NCBI GenBank assembly: GCA_002269645.1
Contig: NIVC01000717.1
Location: 310,001-374,000 of the forward strand
Source of the DNA: Macrostomum lignano
Taxonomy: Eukaryota
DNA length: 64,000 nt
Reading direction: 5' to 3'
Shown here: positions 1-12,702 of the stretch, piece after piece
Layout of the letters: each line of letters begins with the position of its first letter
Numbering within the stretch: position 1 is the first letter of the stretch
Notes under the pieces: generated by a model
Told to the model about the DNA's origin: nothing
Database searches by the model: none
Seen by the model: only the letters and a program-made list of their open reading frames with translations
Program-made: the position numbers and the translations under genes

Positions 1-814
1 TGAGAGGAACAAAGGAGAACATTTTTCTAGCTGTAAGTAATTGCGTCTTTTTTGTAAGTTATTGCCAATAGATTATCATGTCGAATTCTCTAGATTTAGG
101 AAGAATTTGTATAGTATCCCCAAAACGCGGGGCTAGCTTTTATGCTTGCTGGTACAGGCAAATCCGACTTGAAATGCAGAAGTCGGGCCTGCTGGTGCAG
201 CCAATAGTAGGCAGAGTTACGAGCGTACCGTTCCCATCAAGCGCTGGGGACGGCTTGTGTCGCATGCAAAGTCAGATTATAAGTATGAACTCTCTAGCCG
301 TTTGCTTGCGTCCTAGGATGAAATAATCGCATCTTGAGCGTAAATTATAGGAGAAAAATATGATTTATAGTTCTTATGCAAGGCTTAGAACAACCTTAGC
401 TTAATAAATCTTGTGATATCGTCGAGATTCCGAGAGAAATTTCAAGTTATTTTTGGTCTGTTAGTGACGCCTTAAAGTTTAATGTTCTATGGAGACTTAA
501 AAGTACCACAAATTCGATAAAGCTACTGGGTTATCTTGCATCTGTTAATGTTGATCGTGACGCTAGAGGATGAGAAAAAAATTATCGGCAATTGCTCATT
601 GTCCCATGCTGTACCCTCATTGCGTACCTTTCTGTACGCTCATCATTTAACGATTCGAAATCATTGCGTATGGCTACTAAAATGAGACATGAGACAATAT
701 GCCTGTGTGTATGGTTTTGGAGGCAGACATTGGTAGATTTTCAGGAGTGGCGAAGCCAAAAGTGATAAAAATTAATCAGTGTTTATGACCATTGCCTGCC
801 TCTAAAAGCATAGA

Positions 815-1130
815 CACAATCTACCATTGACTACTAAACAATCAAAACAATCTACCATTGTCTGACTCCAAATCCATAGACACAATCTGCCATAGTCTGA
901 CTCCAAATCCATACACGCAATCTGCCATAGTCTGACTCCAAATCCATAGACACAATCTACCAGTCTGACTCTAAATCCATAGACACAATCTGCCATAGTC
1001 TGACTCCAAATCCATACACGCAATCTGCCATAGTCTGACTCCAAATCCATAGACACAATCTACCAGTCTAACTCTAAATCCATAGACACAATCTACCATT
1101 GTCTGACTCCCAAGCCATAGACACAATTTT
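815..1130. repeat. 35-bp minisatellite (CTGACTCCAAATCCATAGACACAATCTGCCATAGT)n, about 8 copies
   Basis: Directly visible head-to-tail units with minor indels; no unique spacers. Confidence 0.9.
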
Positions 1131-1156
1131 ACGCTGCTCTGAGTTCTGATCTTCCG

Positions 1157-1898
1157 GCAGGTATTGATCCTGAATTAGAGATCCCATCATCCTGCAGGTA
1201 TCGATCCCTAATTAGAGATCTCATCATCCTGCAGGTATCGATCCCTAATTAGAGATCTCATCATCCTGCAGGTATTGATCCCTGATTAGAGATCCCATCA
1301 TCCTGCAGGTATTGATCCCTAATTAGAGATCCCATCATCCTGCAGTTATTGATCCCTAATTAGAGATCCCATCATCCTGCAGGTATTGATCCCTAATTAG
1401 AGATCCAATCATCCTGCAGGTATCATCCCTAATTGGAGATCCCATCATCAAGCAGGTATTGATCCCTGATTAGAGATCCCATCATCCTGCAGGTATTGAT
1501 CCCTGATTAGAGATCCCATCATCCTGCAGGTATTGATCCCTAATTAGAGATCCCATCATCCTGCAGGTATTGATCCCTAATTAGAGATCCAATCATCCTG
1601 CAGGTATCATCCCTAATTAGAGATCCCATCATCATGCAGGTATTGATCCCTGATTAGAGATCCCATCATCCTGCAGGTATTGATCCCTGATTAGAGATCC
1701 CATCATCCTGCAGGTATTGATTCCTGATTAGAGATCTCATCATCATGCAGGTATTGATCCCTGATTAGAGATCCCATCATCCTGCAGGTATTGATCCCTG
1801 ATTAGAGATCCCATCATCCTGCAGGTATTGATCCCTGATTAGAGATCCCATCATCATGCAGGTATTGATCCCTGATTAGAGATCCAATCATCCTGATC
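1157..1898. repeat. 37-bp minisatellite (GCAGGTATTGATCCCTGATTAGAGATCCCATCATCCT)n, about 20 copies
   Basis: Directly visible tandem units. Confidence 0.95.
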
Positions 1899-2382
1899 CT
1901 TAATTAGAGTTTTTATCAGTTATCCATTGCCTCGGTATTTATTATCTAATCTGCGGTTCAGTTCTATAGCGAATTCTCCGAAGCGACTCCGTTTGTACTA
2001 TTGATGCATATTGCATCAGCCATTTAACATCCTTGTTTAGAGAATAGCATTTGAAGATCACAGTAATCTGGTCACAGATCACCACGTTGATGATTCTAAA
2101 AGTAGCTTTCGGACCTAGGTATCCTCACAGCCTCCACAGCTTACTCGTGCTTCACCTCTCCTCGAGGTAATAGCTCAGCAAACCATTAGGGCTCGAATGA
2201 GAGATAGGAAAGAAATGATGGATTTATTGTTTTGGGCAATTAAGCAAGTTTAAGGTGATAAATCCATTGATTCATGATTCGCTAAAGAATACATGTAAGT
2301 AAATAAATGCGATATGTTCAGGCTGTAATCTCACACAGACAGTAAGCAAAGTAAGTCTAGGTCCCAATTGAAGCAAGGTAGA

Positions 2383-3232
<850 letters not shown>

Positions 3233-3770
3233 AAGCTGCAATACAATCCAGAACGCAGCTGTGGTTATAACTTTGCATGTAGTTATCACTTATCCGAACT
3301 ACGAAAATGGCAGAACGCAAATAGACACTTGAAAATTACCTAAACACGCAAATTACTTACTACAAGTAGATAAGAATTTTCCCGCAATATTCAGCTTTAA
3401 ACTTCAAGTTTTCTTTTTTGTTCTGCTAAAAAACTGAAATTTTGCCAGACAAAGGACATGACAAAGGAACTGTAATTACAGTGCAATTGCTAGTGTGAGG
3501 GAAAGAGGCCAATTAATAAGTGGCTACTCATTTTCCAGGCTTTGAGCAATTTTTATTCCTGGATGACCACTTCAGGAGTAGAAAATTCAAGAACTTGAAC
3601 TTTTGTGACGCAGATAATTGCAGTGCTGCTTTGCTCAGCGATTGATCTTCATTCGGACGCACCGATATGACTCAAGTATAATAAAAAGCCTTACATGTAG
3701 TTTTATCCCGTAAAGCTTAACTAATATTTAGGTGACTTCTTAAAAAATTCCATTTATTATCAAACTAGCA

Positions 3771-5288
3771 CAGAGATGTCACCACGGGGGGACAGGGGAC
3801 GAAAAAGCTATGGGGGGACATGCTCGTTCTTTGTCCACCCCCACCCAACCTTGTGATTCGTTATAGAAATCAATAATTTTGCTTCAGGACGACAAAACAT
3901 GGTGCCTAATCTTTAGCCACAGTAGCCACAGGCGTATGAGTGCCTGTGGCGCTAAAATGAGTGCCTGTGGCGCTAAAATGAGTGCCTGCGGCGCTAAAAT
4001 GAGTGACTGCGGCTCTAAAATGAGTGCCTGCGGCGTTGAAATGAGTGCCTGCGGCGTTGAAATGAGTGCCTGTGGCGCTAAAATGAGTGTCTGCGGCGCT
4101 TAAATGAGTGCCTGCGGCGCTAAAATGAGTGACTGCGGTGCTTAAATGAGTGCCTGCGGCGCTAAAATGAGTGACTGCGGCTCTAAAATAAGTGCCTGCG
4201 GCGTTGAAATGAGTGCCTGTGGCGCTATAAAATGAGTGACTGCGGTGCTAAAATGAGTGCCTGCGGCGCTAACATGAGTGCCTGTGGTGCTAAAATGAGT
4301 GCCTGCGGCGCTAAAATGAGTACCTGCGGTGCTAAAATGAGTGCCTGCGGTGCTAAAATGAGTGCCTGTGGCGCTAAAATGAGTGCCTGTGGCGCTAAAA
4401 TGAGTGCCTGTGGCGCTAAAATGAGTGTCTGCGGCGCTTAAATGAGTGCCTGCGGCGCTAAAATGAGTGCCTGCGGCGCTAAAATGAGTGCCTGCGGTGC
4501 TAAAATGAGTGCCTGCGGTGTTAAAATGAGTGCCTGCGGTGCTAAAATGAGTGCCTGCGGTGCTAAAATGAGTGCCTGCGGTGCTAAAATGAGTGCCTGC
4601 GGCGCTAAAATGAGTGCCTGCGGTGCTAAAATGAGTGCCTGCGGTGCTAAAATGAGTGCCTGCGGTGTTAAAATGAGTGCCTGCGGTGCTAAAATGAGTG
4701 CCTGCGGCGCTAAAATGAGTGTCTGCGGCGCTTAAATGAGTGCCTGCGGCGCTAAAATGAGTGCCTGCGGCGCTAAAATGAGTGCCTGCGGTGCTAAAAT
4801 GAGTGCCTGCGGTGTTAAAATGAGTGCCTGCGGTGCTAAAATGAGTGCCTGCGGTGCTAAAATGAGTGCCTGCGGCGCTAAAATGAGTGCCTGCGGTGCT
4901 AATATGAGTGCCTGCGGCGCTAAAATGAGTGCCTGCGGTGCTAAAATGAGTGCCTGCGGCGCTAAAATGAGTGCCTGCGGTGTTAAAATGAGTGCCTGCG
5001 GTGCTAAAATGAGTGCCTGCGGTGCTAAAATGAGTGCCTGCGGCGCTAAAATGAGTGCCTGCGGTGCTAAAATGAGTGCCTGCGGCGCTAAAATGAGTGC
5101 CTGCGGTGTTAAAATGAGTGCCTGCGGTGCTAAAATGAGTGCCTGCGGCGCTAAAATGAGTGCCTGCGGTGCTAAAATGAGTGCCTGCGGTGCTAAAATG
5201 AGTGCCTGCGGCGCTAAAATGAGTGCCTGCGGTCTTAAAATGAGTGCCTACGTCCCCCCTCACCATAAAATCCATGGCGACGCCCCTA
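3771..5288 (+). mobile_element. hAT-type non-autonomous DNA transposon (MITE) copy 1 with internal 21-bp minisatellite (AAAATGAGTGCCTGCGGCGCT)n
   Basis: Termini CAGAGATGTCACCAC (3771) and GGCGACGCCCCTA (5288). Perfect 8-bp target-site duplication AACTAGCA at 3763-3770 and 5289-5296. Subterminal sequences are shared with the copies at 16134 and 22246. CAG-start TIRs with an 8-bp TSD are hAT hallmarks. Confidence 0.85.
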
Positions 5289-6954
5289 AACTAGCACGAT
5301 GCTTTTGACATGCAAATCAGTTATCAAAAAAGGCGTATATTTTTACTTTCTACTTAAAGTAGGAAAAATGTGTTTTCTGTTAAAAATATTAGTTGACCAT
5401 CAATATTTAAGGCTAAGAAAAGTTTTGATTTAAAAAAGTATTTTGCATATTGAAGCGCACATCGACCCAGACAGCATGCTTGTCCCATGTTTGCCCAAGT
5501 AAATTTATCCCCACAACACTTACTCGGTCTCCTAGTCAACCTGAATGTTCACAAAGCGTATAAAGTTAGTAAACTTTACTCAGTGGTATTGAACCAGTAA
5601 CTTGAGCAGCTTGTCCGTCTGATATTAAGTTTGCGGTGTTATGCGTGGAGAACTCCTTGAGAAGTTTTCATAATTTTTTTCTGCAAACAGAAGCTACCTC
5701 AAATACCGTTTTGAAATATAAGAGCCTGCAGACAGACTTAATTAAATATACAAAAGACAAATCACTGTGATGGCAGCTGATGACATCACGAGAAAAAAGC
5801 AGCTTCTTCATTGATGCACTTTCGTACATGCACTGCGAGTAGTGCTCATGGGATGTCAGACGTGCTTACAAATATTGATCACAGATCACCTATTCATGAC
5901 TCAAAAAAGAAACTGACTGCACAAAAAACTACCTATGACGGAAACACGAGCAGGTAGCTAATTAACTAATTAGAATAGCGTGAAAGTGCAGCGGCTTGCC
6001 TTTGAAACCGAGAACTGTGATGTTAAGTCTCTCCTTACCGCCTACCATGTGTGTTCAAGATTGCAGGTCATTGCAAACTGCAAAATTCGACAGACAGAAA
6101 TGGAAATTGATGAGGACGCGTCGAATCGATGGGACTCAGAAATCTTAAAATTTATAGATTTATTATCCTCGTAACGAGCACAAACTGGAACTTCACTGTA
6201 TATACTGTGTTTGAAGTTGAAAAAATCAATCAAAGCTACAGATAAAGATATCAGAGAAGTATTCTAGCAATACAAAAGAAAATATCAAAAGGGACACATA
6301 ATGATTTTGAGAAAGAGGATAGGCATGCTCGTTAAAAGATAATGATAATTAGAAGACTGGACCGCATGTAGGTTTTGACCTTGTACAGTCGTTATTGTTG
6401 CTTTCTTAAAGCTTTTTAATGCCACAGCACCTCGGAAATTCCCTCCTTTCCATTAACCTTAACGCTTAACAATTCTCCCCAATGAACCGTAGCATTTCGG
6501 CAACCCCCATGAGTCCTTTCATCTCAGTAACTCCCCCAATGTGCCATCGCATTTTTGCGTTTCCCTCCATAATAAGCCTTGACATCTTAGCAATTCCGTC
6601 CGTGAAACTTGACAGGAACCACATGAGCCGTTTATGGTTGACAGTGCGTTACTTTTATGGTTAAGCCCCTAACCCCATCCGCGTTAAGAGTCACAGCAAA
6701 AATCAATTTCAGACATTAACGTTTAAAAGTTAAAGTTTCAAAATCATGACGTCAAGACTAGACTAGAAAATGCTTTTTAAGTGGGACTCTGAAACAACCG
6801 CTAACTACATGTATGTCCGCTAACCATCATATTTATGGCAAATTTGTGTGTTGTCACAGACAAAAATAGCAGTTTTTAATCTCAAAGTCTGGACTTTCAT
6901 GTCAGATACCGCTTATGCACACAAAAACAAAAATAACAGAATACGCAGTCAGCG

Positions 6955-7478
6955 TCACAGGGCGCGCTTCAAAACCAGGTCTTGAATGAACGCCACGCCG
7001 TCGGTCAAATCCGGGGCGCCGGCGTCAGCCAGCAGGCAGTCGACGAAACGCCGAGTGCGCGCCTGCCCCCGCCGGTAGAGTGCCTGGAGCACCTCCTGCA
7101 CCGGCTCTGGGCAGTACGACTCGGTGCGGATGATGTGGCCTGCCCGCCAGCTGGAGTCGCTTGGACGGACCAGGCCGGCGCGGCAATCCAAAGCCGCGTT
7201 GGTCACTCGCTCGTAGCCGATCTTAAAGGCGGCGCGCAGCAGGCCAGCGTGCGCCGCGTCAACTTGTTGCTAAAGCGACTCCGTCAGCATCCAGGTCTCG
7301 GCGTTGTACAGCAGGACAGTCTCGATCACTGCCTGGAACAGCGCCGCCCTCTGGCGGTCAGGTAAGGCCTCAGACTACAGGACTGCCCTGACAGAACGAA
7401 AGGCAGCCCAGGCAAGCCCGCGGCGACGCCGCAAATCCTTGCGGACGCCGGGAACCAGACCGCCAAGGTAGACGAATT
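6955..7478 (-). pseudogene. 5'-truncated, decayed non-LTR retrotransposon (LINE, RTE-like) RT C-terminal fragment
   Basis: Minus frame reads FVYLGG...DLRRRRGLAWAAF...ALFQAVIETVLLYNAETWMLT...DAAHAGLLRAAF...VTNAAL..., typical of the YLG motif and post-RT region of RTE/L2-like LINEs. Two in-frame TAG stops. Confidence 0.75.
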
Positions 7479-8553
7479 GCTACAGAAATCCCATTACTTT
7501 TGAACCACTTCTCGTGCAAGAACTTTTTTCTCTTTCCAATTTCGCTAATTTGAGGTTTTGCTTAAGTATTCCACTCAACTTCTGGGAAGATGATTTACAC
7601 TGTAGTTCTGGCTGGATTGAGATGGGTGCAGCCTGGTGGCCACGGCCCCTGGAGACAATTTCCGCGTGTTGAACCTCGCGGACTAATTCCATGCTTTGAT
7701 CGTGGGGGCGGGGACTACGGAAAAATGTGATGAGGTCAGGCCTTCCAAAGCGTTTCTTTGATCTAGGAGCAGCAAATTTTCGTTGGCCTAAAGTGCATAA
7801 ATGCGGCAACTGACTCAAAATTAGCAGTCACTTCGATTAGCTAGTTCTCAAATTCGCTAGCATGCAGCGTCTTGACTTTGATGTCCACAAGAAGTCCACA
7901 AAATAGTCTTGACTCTGAATTCAGAATCGACAATATGCAAAACCTCTCAGTGATATTCCAATCATTATACAATCCAGTCTGTCGTAACTAACGCAAATAA
8001 AAATCGCAATAGTTAGTTAAGATGTTGAATTCCTCACCAATAAAAATATATAGAAATATCAATTAAATGTGTTCTATTTTTATTTAAATAGAGACCACTC
8101 ACAGCAACTAGACTTAAAAGCAACTGATTATTGCAGACAAAGAAGGACGGACACATTATCAACGCAAACAGACAATATACACAACACTATTAAATAATCG
8201 AGAGTAGCAAATTAGGTTTATCTTTTGATGTAACCAATCGACGCTGAAAATATTGTACATGAGTATGTTTTGTTCCATTCTGATAGGTGACAAAGTACAT
8301 AAGAGGACAACTCTGACAAAGACACAGCAGATTACAGAATTATACACTGATAGACATTCGCAATATAATAATTGACAATCAACAAATTTTCTCGATTTCT
8401 AGATAATTGAAGTGTCACATGCAAGTCATTGCATACATCCCAATTAATCAGAATTTCTTCGGATGTCGTAGCTTGTGGACACAGCGAATTTCTGCAGAAA
8501 AAGCTCCGTACATGTAGTCTCTCGATCTCGATTTCTCGGTAATTTCACCGTCA

Positions 8554-9804
8554 TCAAATGGTAGTTGTTCGATAAATTTTCTCCCTAATTGGCTGCAATG
8601 TCGTTGGCAGTGGGGGCTTGGCTCCGCCGCTTTTGGACTTGCCGCTGCAGGCCTCCGAAGCTGACGCAGCGGCCCTGGAGACGCACCGAGCATCGCGCCC
8701 GCTGCAGACAGCCGCGCTGCTGCCGCCGCCGTTGCGACTCCGACGCAATATAGCTGATCGAAACATAGCGTTAGTTGTCATGTAGATAATAAAGTTGCAG
8801 GTAGAATCCAGGTTGACGCACAGATTTGAGAAGCCAATAGCATAGGTGACAACCGCGTCCCAGAACTGGTTGCCCTCGGGAGCTCGGGTGCCAATCAGTA
8901 TCGTGAGAAACATTGGCATCTCCATGCAGACAAAGACGGCTAATAAAATCTGGATCATCCTGGTAGCTTTGCTGTTCTGGGTCGCACCGCCGCTGCCGCG
9001 ACCGCCTTCTCGGCGTAGACGGACACTTCGTCGAAGTCCCAGAGTCATAGCAATGGAAGCCGTGCTGACTATGACGACAGGTAATACGGCTTGGCAGAAA
9101 GTTGAAGCCACGTAAAACTCGGAGTAGAATCGGAACGGGCTGACGGACTGCTTGTAGTAGACAATGCCGGTGTCGCTGCAGTAGTGGAACCGTTCCTGGA
9201 ACGCCTTCGGCACAGCCGACACCAGTCCAAGTAAAATAATAAGGGCCGACATGACGATAAGAGTTCGGTGACTGCAACAGCGGCCGGTGTTGCGCGAGAA
9301 CGGTCTTAACACAGCCTCGCATCGACTGACAGCAATCAGAACAATGGACCAGTTGCGAGCCATCAGGAATGCGTTGGCGGTCACCCAGGTGATGGTCAGG
9401 TACTGGACTAAGCCGAGCGGCACAGCTGGCGACGAATAAGGAATTCGATGATGAGCCACTTCCAGCATGATGCGGATTGTCTCTACGCTTGTCATGCCGA
9501 AACTCGTCAGCATCTCGTTGAACGACAGGATTAGCAGCAGCAACCGAACGGTTGTCTCCTTCTGCTTCTGGCCAAGAAACACGAAGAAGCACAGACTATT
9601 AAGGACCAGATTTACAGAGCCTAGCAGTACAAAAGTGGACTTGACCAAGCCGATAGTGACAATCGAATGCTGTGGATGTGAGGTGGTGTTGTCTCCGGGA
9701 AACGTGCAGTTGTCTCCGTGCTGGACCACCAGCTGAAACATGGCTGCAACGTTAAGGCTCTTCACTAGTGGGATCAAAGAAACGATTGAATATTGTGAGA
9801 GCAT
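8554..9804 (-). CDS. Orphan rhodopsin-like (class A) 7TM GPCR, peptide/chemoreceptor-like, single exon
   Basis: Seven hydrophobic segments; TM3 ARNWSIVLIAVSRC (DRY variant), TM6 FVCMEMP, TM7 NLDSTCNFIIY; N-terminal sequons NCT and NTT. The track start at 9897 is a TTG; first ATG is 9804, alternative ATG 9741. Confidence 0.88.
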   Translation of the reverse strand: MLSQYSIVSLIPLVKSLNVAAMFQLVVQHGDNCTFPGDNTTSHPQHSIVTIGLVKSTFVLLGSVNLVLNSLCFFVFLGQKQKETTVRLLLLILSFNEMLTSFGMTSVETIRIMLEVAHHRIPYSSPAVPLGLVQYLTITWVTANAFLMARNWSIVLIAVSRCEAVLRPFSRNTGRCCSHRTLIVMSALIILLGLVSAVPKAFQERFHYCSDTGIVYYKQSVSPFRFYSEFYVASTFCQAVLPVVIVSTASIAMTLGLRRSVRLRREGGRGSGGATQNSKATRMIQILLAVFVCMEMPMFLTILIGTRAPEGNQFWDAVVTYAIGFSNLCVNLDSTCNFIIYMTTNAMFRSAILRRSRNGGGSSAAVCSGRDARCVSRAAASASEACSGKSKSGGAKPPLPTTLQPIREKIYRTTTI

Positions 9805-10576
9805 GTCTTGCAGGCATGATTCCGTAAATTTATCCCAGTTCTTCCCCCCATAGCTTCCCCCAGCTATTTCTAGCTGAGAGCTGATTGGTCGAGCCAACTG
9901 TGATTCCTCAAACTTATGAATTAGGAATGAAATCCAGCAATTTTCCTATCTGTTTGATAAATTTATTTTCCGCTTTAAATCCGGCTCAAAGTTACTCACA
10001 AAAATTAAACTGCAAAATAATTGAGACCCATGCAGCAATCAGGGAGGTGTTCCGCCCCCAGTTTTCATTAGGAAAAGGGCTAAGCATGAGATTATTAAAA
10101 CAAAAACCGGAAGCGTCATCAGCTTCTTCGTGACGCATTTGGTTCAGAAAATTTTCTCTCAGGAAAGAGATGTTCCCGAAGGTAATTAATTTTCACCTCA
10201 CAGTAGTACCTCTCGCACTGAGACTGTGTCCGGACCAACCAGTAGTCACTGCCGAGCTGTCCAGTTTTTACTGCCAGAGATCTTTTTAATTAGCTTCCTG
10301 TAGCCTGACAACCCGGGACCGGTTTTTAATCCGGGGCTAATCTCTGGCCTGCACGCAGTGATAACAGGCTCGCTGGCTGTCGTGGGACGGGTCGTAAGCT
10401 CTGAGTATTGGAAAAGGCTGTTTTATGATGATTAATTAACAGAGAGACAAAGAGCAGGTGTGATATGTGATGAATATGTCACAGAAACCTACAAGATACG
10501 TGAAATACAGTTGTATCCTAGGACACGAATACAGATTATCACTTAAGTATTGCATGATCAGTATAATACTGATTAA

Positions 10577-10870
10577 GGGGCTGCAGCCTAGTGGTTGGAG
10601 CGTCGGACTCACGACTGAAAGGTCGGGGGTTCGATTCTCGACCTATTCGGAACAATTCGTGCCCTTGAGCAAGACACTTAACTCTGCATTGCTTCAGTTC
10701 ACCCAGCTGTAAAATGGGTGCCAGCATTAGCTGGGGTAATTGGGGGTGTGTGGCGCCCCCCCAGTCCTTGGACTGAACAGCCGTACGCAGCCTTCAGATG
10801 CGCCGCGCAATAGCTGCGGCTGAGCTGTCGGTTGCACATCTGCCTATTGGGGTAGGTGTAATTAAAAAAA
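10577..10870 (+). mobile_element. tRNA-derived SINE with CORE-like central domain, full length
   Basis: A-box-like CAGCCTAGTGG and B box GGTTCGATTC, then GTGCCCTTGAGCAAGACACTTAAC...CTGTAAAATGGG resembling the MIR CORE; A-rich tail near 10865. Homologous copies at 18982 and 41351. Confidence 0.8.
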
Positions 10871-11203
10871 TGATAAGTGCAAATTTTGACCTCATAGTGT
10901 ATTGGAATGTTTCCCCTAGTGTATTATTTTTACCAAAAAAACTCGATGAAAATGGAAAGTTACAATAAATTTCAGTACGGTATGTGGAGAATTAAAGTTA
11001 ATTATATACAAAATAATGCACGAAGCATAAAATTGTTGTATCTGAATATAAACATGCGAAATGAGTGTTTGAAAAAGATTTCAAGTAAAAAAGGAAGGTA
11101 CGCTTTTATGAATCGATCATTTTTTGTGTAATTATGGACTGTTACTGATCTCATTATCCAGTTTAGTAGCGTAAATCCCTGTTTGCCAATGTTGAGAGCC
11201 GAA

Positions 11204-11944
11204 TTAACGCGGGTGGAATTTCAGAGTGAACGGTGGTGGAGCTCGAATATCCCCTGGCGTTGTTGGAAGCTCCGCTCCGGCCCCCAGATCTTGGCCAGTC
11301 TCCGATGCCACCTCGATCCGTTCGTACCGCTGCAGCAGGCCGGCTATGATGAGGAACAGCTCCATGCGGGCCAGGCTCTCGCCCAGACACGCTCGCTTGC
11401 CAGTTGAGAATGGCATCACGTGATCGCTGGGCGAGTAGCGACCCTCCCCGTCGAGAAATCTCTCCGGACAGAATCGCTCCGGCTGCGGGAACACTTCGGC
11501 GTTGTTGTTGACGCTGTACTGATTTACAAATGTCAGCGAGTCCTTCGGGATGTCGTAGCCGAGCAAACTGGTGTCCTCCAGAGTCCGGTGCAGGAGTCCC
11601 AGAGGCACAAGACAGGCACAACGATGCACCTCGTCGATGCTGGCCTGCAGATAGTGGCAGACAAGACGGTCCTTCATCGTCGGCGGTCTGTCGAATCCGA
11701 TCTCGCGGCCGACTTCTTCCGAGGCCAGTTGGTAGCAGTGCGGGTTCTGGTGGAACAGCAGCAAAGCCCATCGGATGGTTGTTGTAGTCGTGTCACTGCC
11801 TGCCACAAATAGATCGGCCATTGCCAAGCAGAGTCTGGTGTCGTTGAACAGCCAAGGTTGCTGGCTATTTAGCGGCTTCTTATTGGCTTGTGATGACGAG
11901 TCAGCATCGGCGTCGGAGTCTTCGGTGGACGGGTTTTCGGGATC
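11204..11944 (-). CDS. CYP2: Cytochrome P450 (CYP2 clan), exon 3 of 3
   Basis: I-helix AGSDTT, K-helix EVHR, PERF, heme motif FSTGKRACLG. Acceptor TTTCCAG|GAT, phase 0. Joined CDS 14204-13705 + 12702-12303 + 11944-11204 = 1641 nt, 546 aa. Confidence 0.93.
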   Translation of the reverse strand, partial: DPENPSTEDSDADADSSSQANKKPLNSQQPWLFNDTRLCLAMADLFVAGSDTTTTTIRWALLLFHQNPHCYQLASEEVGREIGFDRPPTMKDRLVCHYLQASIDEVHRCACLVPLGLLHRTLEDTSLLGYDIPKDSLTFVNQYSVNNNAEVFPQPERFCPERFLDGEGRYSPSDHVMPFSTGKRACLGESLARMELFLIIAGLLQRYERIEVASETGQDLGAGAELPTTPGDIRAPPPFTLKFHPR

Positions 11945-12302
11945 CTGGAAATTGGGACAGTTGATTTTGGCAAAACTAGAAGAATCAAAGCGATTAAATT
12001 TAGCCTCACTAGAACAATGAAACTGCCCCAACCAAGTCCTACAAAGCGTTTCTCGACTCACGATGGTCTACTTTTTTTTAAATTGTCATTTGAATGCAAC
12101 AAACTAAAGCGACGCTGAGCCCGCGTGTTTTCTGCAGGAATCCTGACCTATGGTACTCGTACATCGTCAGGAATTCACACCATCTGTGCCATGGGGAATG
12201 GCTTCAGGTTCTAGTTCAGGAGTCCCAAATTATTGTGACTGCGAACGAAATCTAACCCTGTCAAGAGTGCACATCAAAGACGCTCGAAGCGAGGCTACTC
12301 AC

Positions 12303-12702
12303 CCGCCTGCTGCAGTGCAGCATGTGCGCTTCAATGTAGTCTCTGGGTTGACAGTTCGGCAGAAAATTGTCTCTATGCTCGGCCGTGATGTTCTTACAGT
12401 AGGCCAACAGGTAGAGAAAGTTGTCAAACACTTTTTTAGCTTCGGGCACGTACTGCAGCAACTTCAGGGCCAGTTTCTGTCTGCCACCGCACAGATTCAG
12501 CACGATGAAGAGCGCAAACAGCTCGCTGATGTTGTCCTTCTCCTGCGTCAGTTTGGCGAAGGTGTTCTGCAACAGCTCGAACTTGGAGTCCTCCGACGCG
12601 AGTCGTCGACCAAACAGAAATCGACAGATGACGTTCGACACGGCGGTGCCGATCAGTTTAGAGGAGTCGAATTTTTCGCCGGGCCTCGACTCGATTTCCT
12701 CT
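12303..12702 (-). CDS. CYP2: Cytochrome P450 (CYP2 clan), exon 2 of 3
   Basis: AVSNVICRFLFGRR (E-helix) and PRDYIEA. Acceptor TTCCAG|A (phase 2); donor CGG|GTGAGT (phase 0). Confidence 0.9.

Noticed and set aside
815-1898. 35-37-bp repeats resembling CRISPR repeat length
   Set aside because: Units are contiguous with no unique spacers, there are no cas genes, and the context is eukaryotic.
10577-10655. tRNA-like sequence (A and B boxes)
   Set aside because: The acceptor stem is not properly paired and it continues into a CORE domain and tail, so it is a SINE head, not a tRNA gene. The same applies at 18982.
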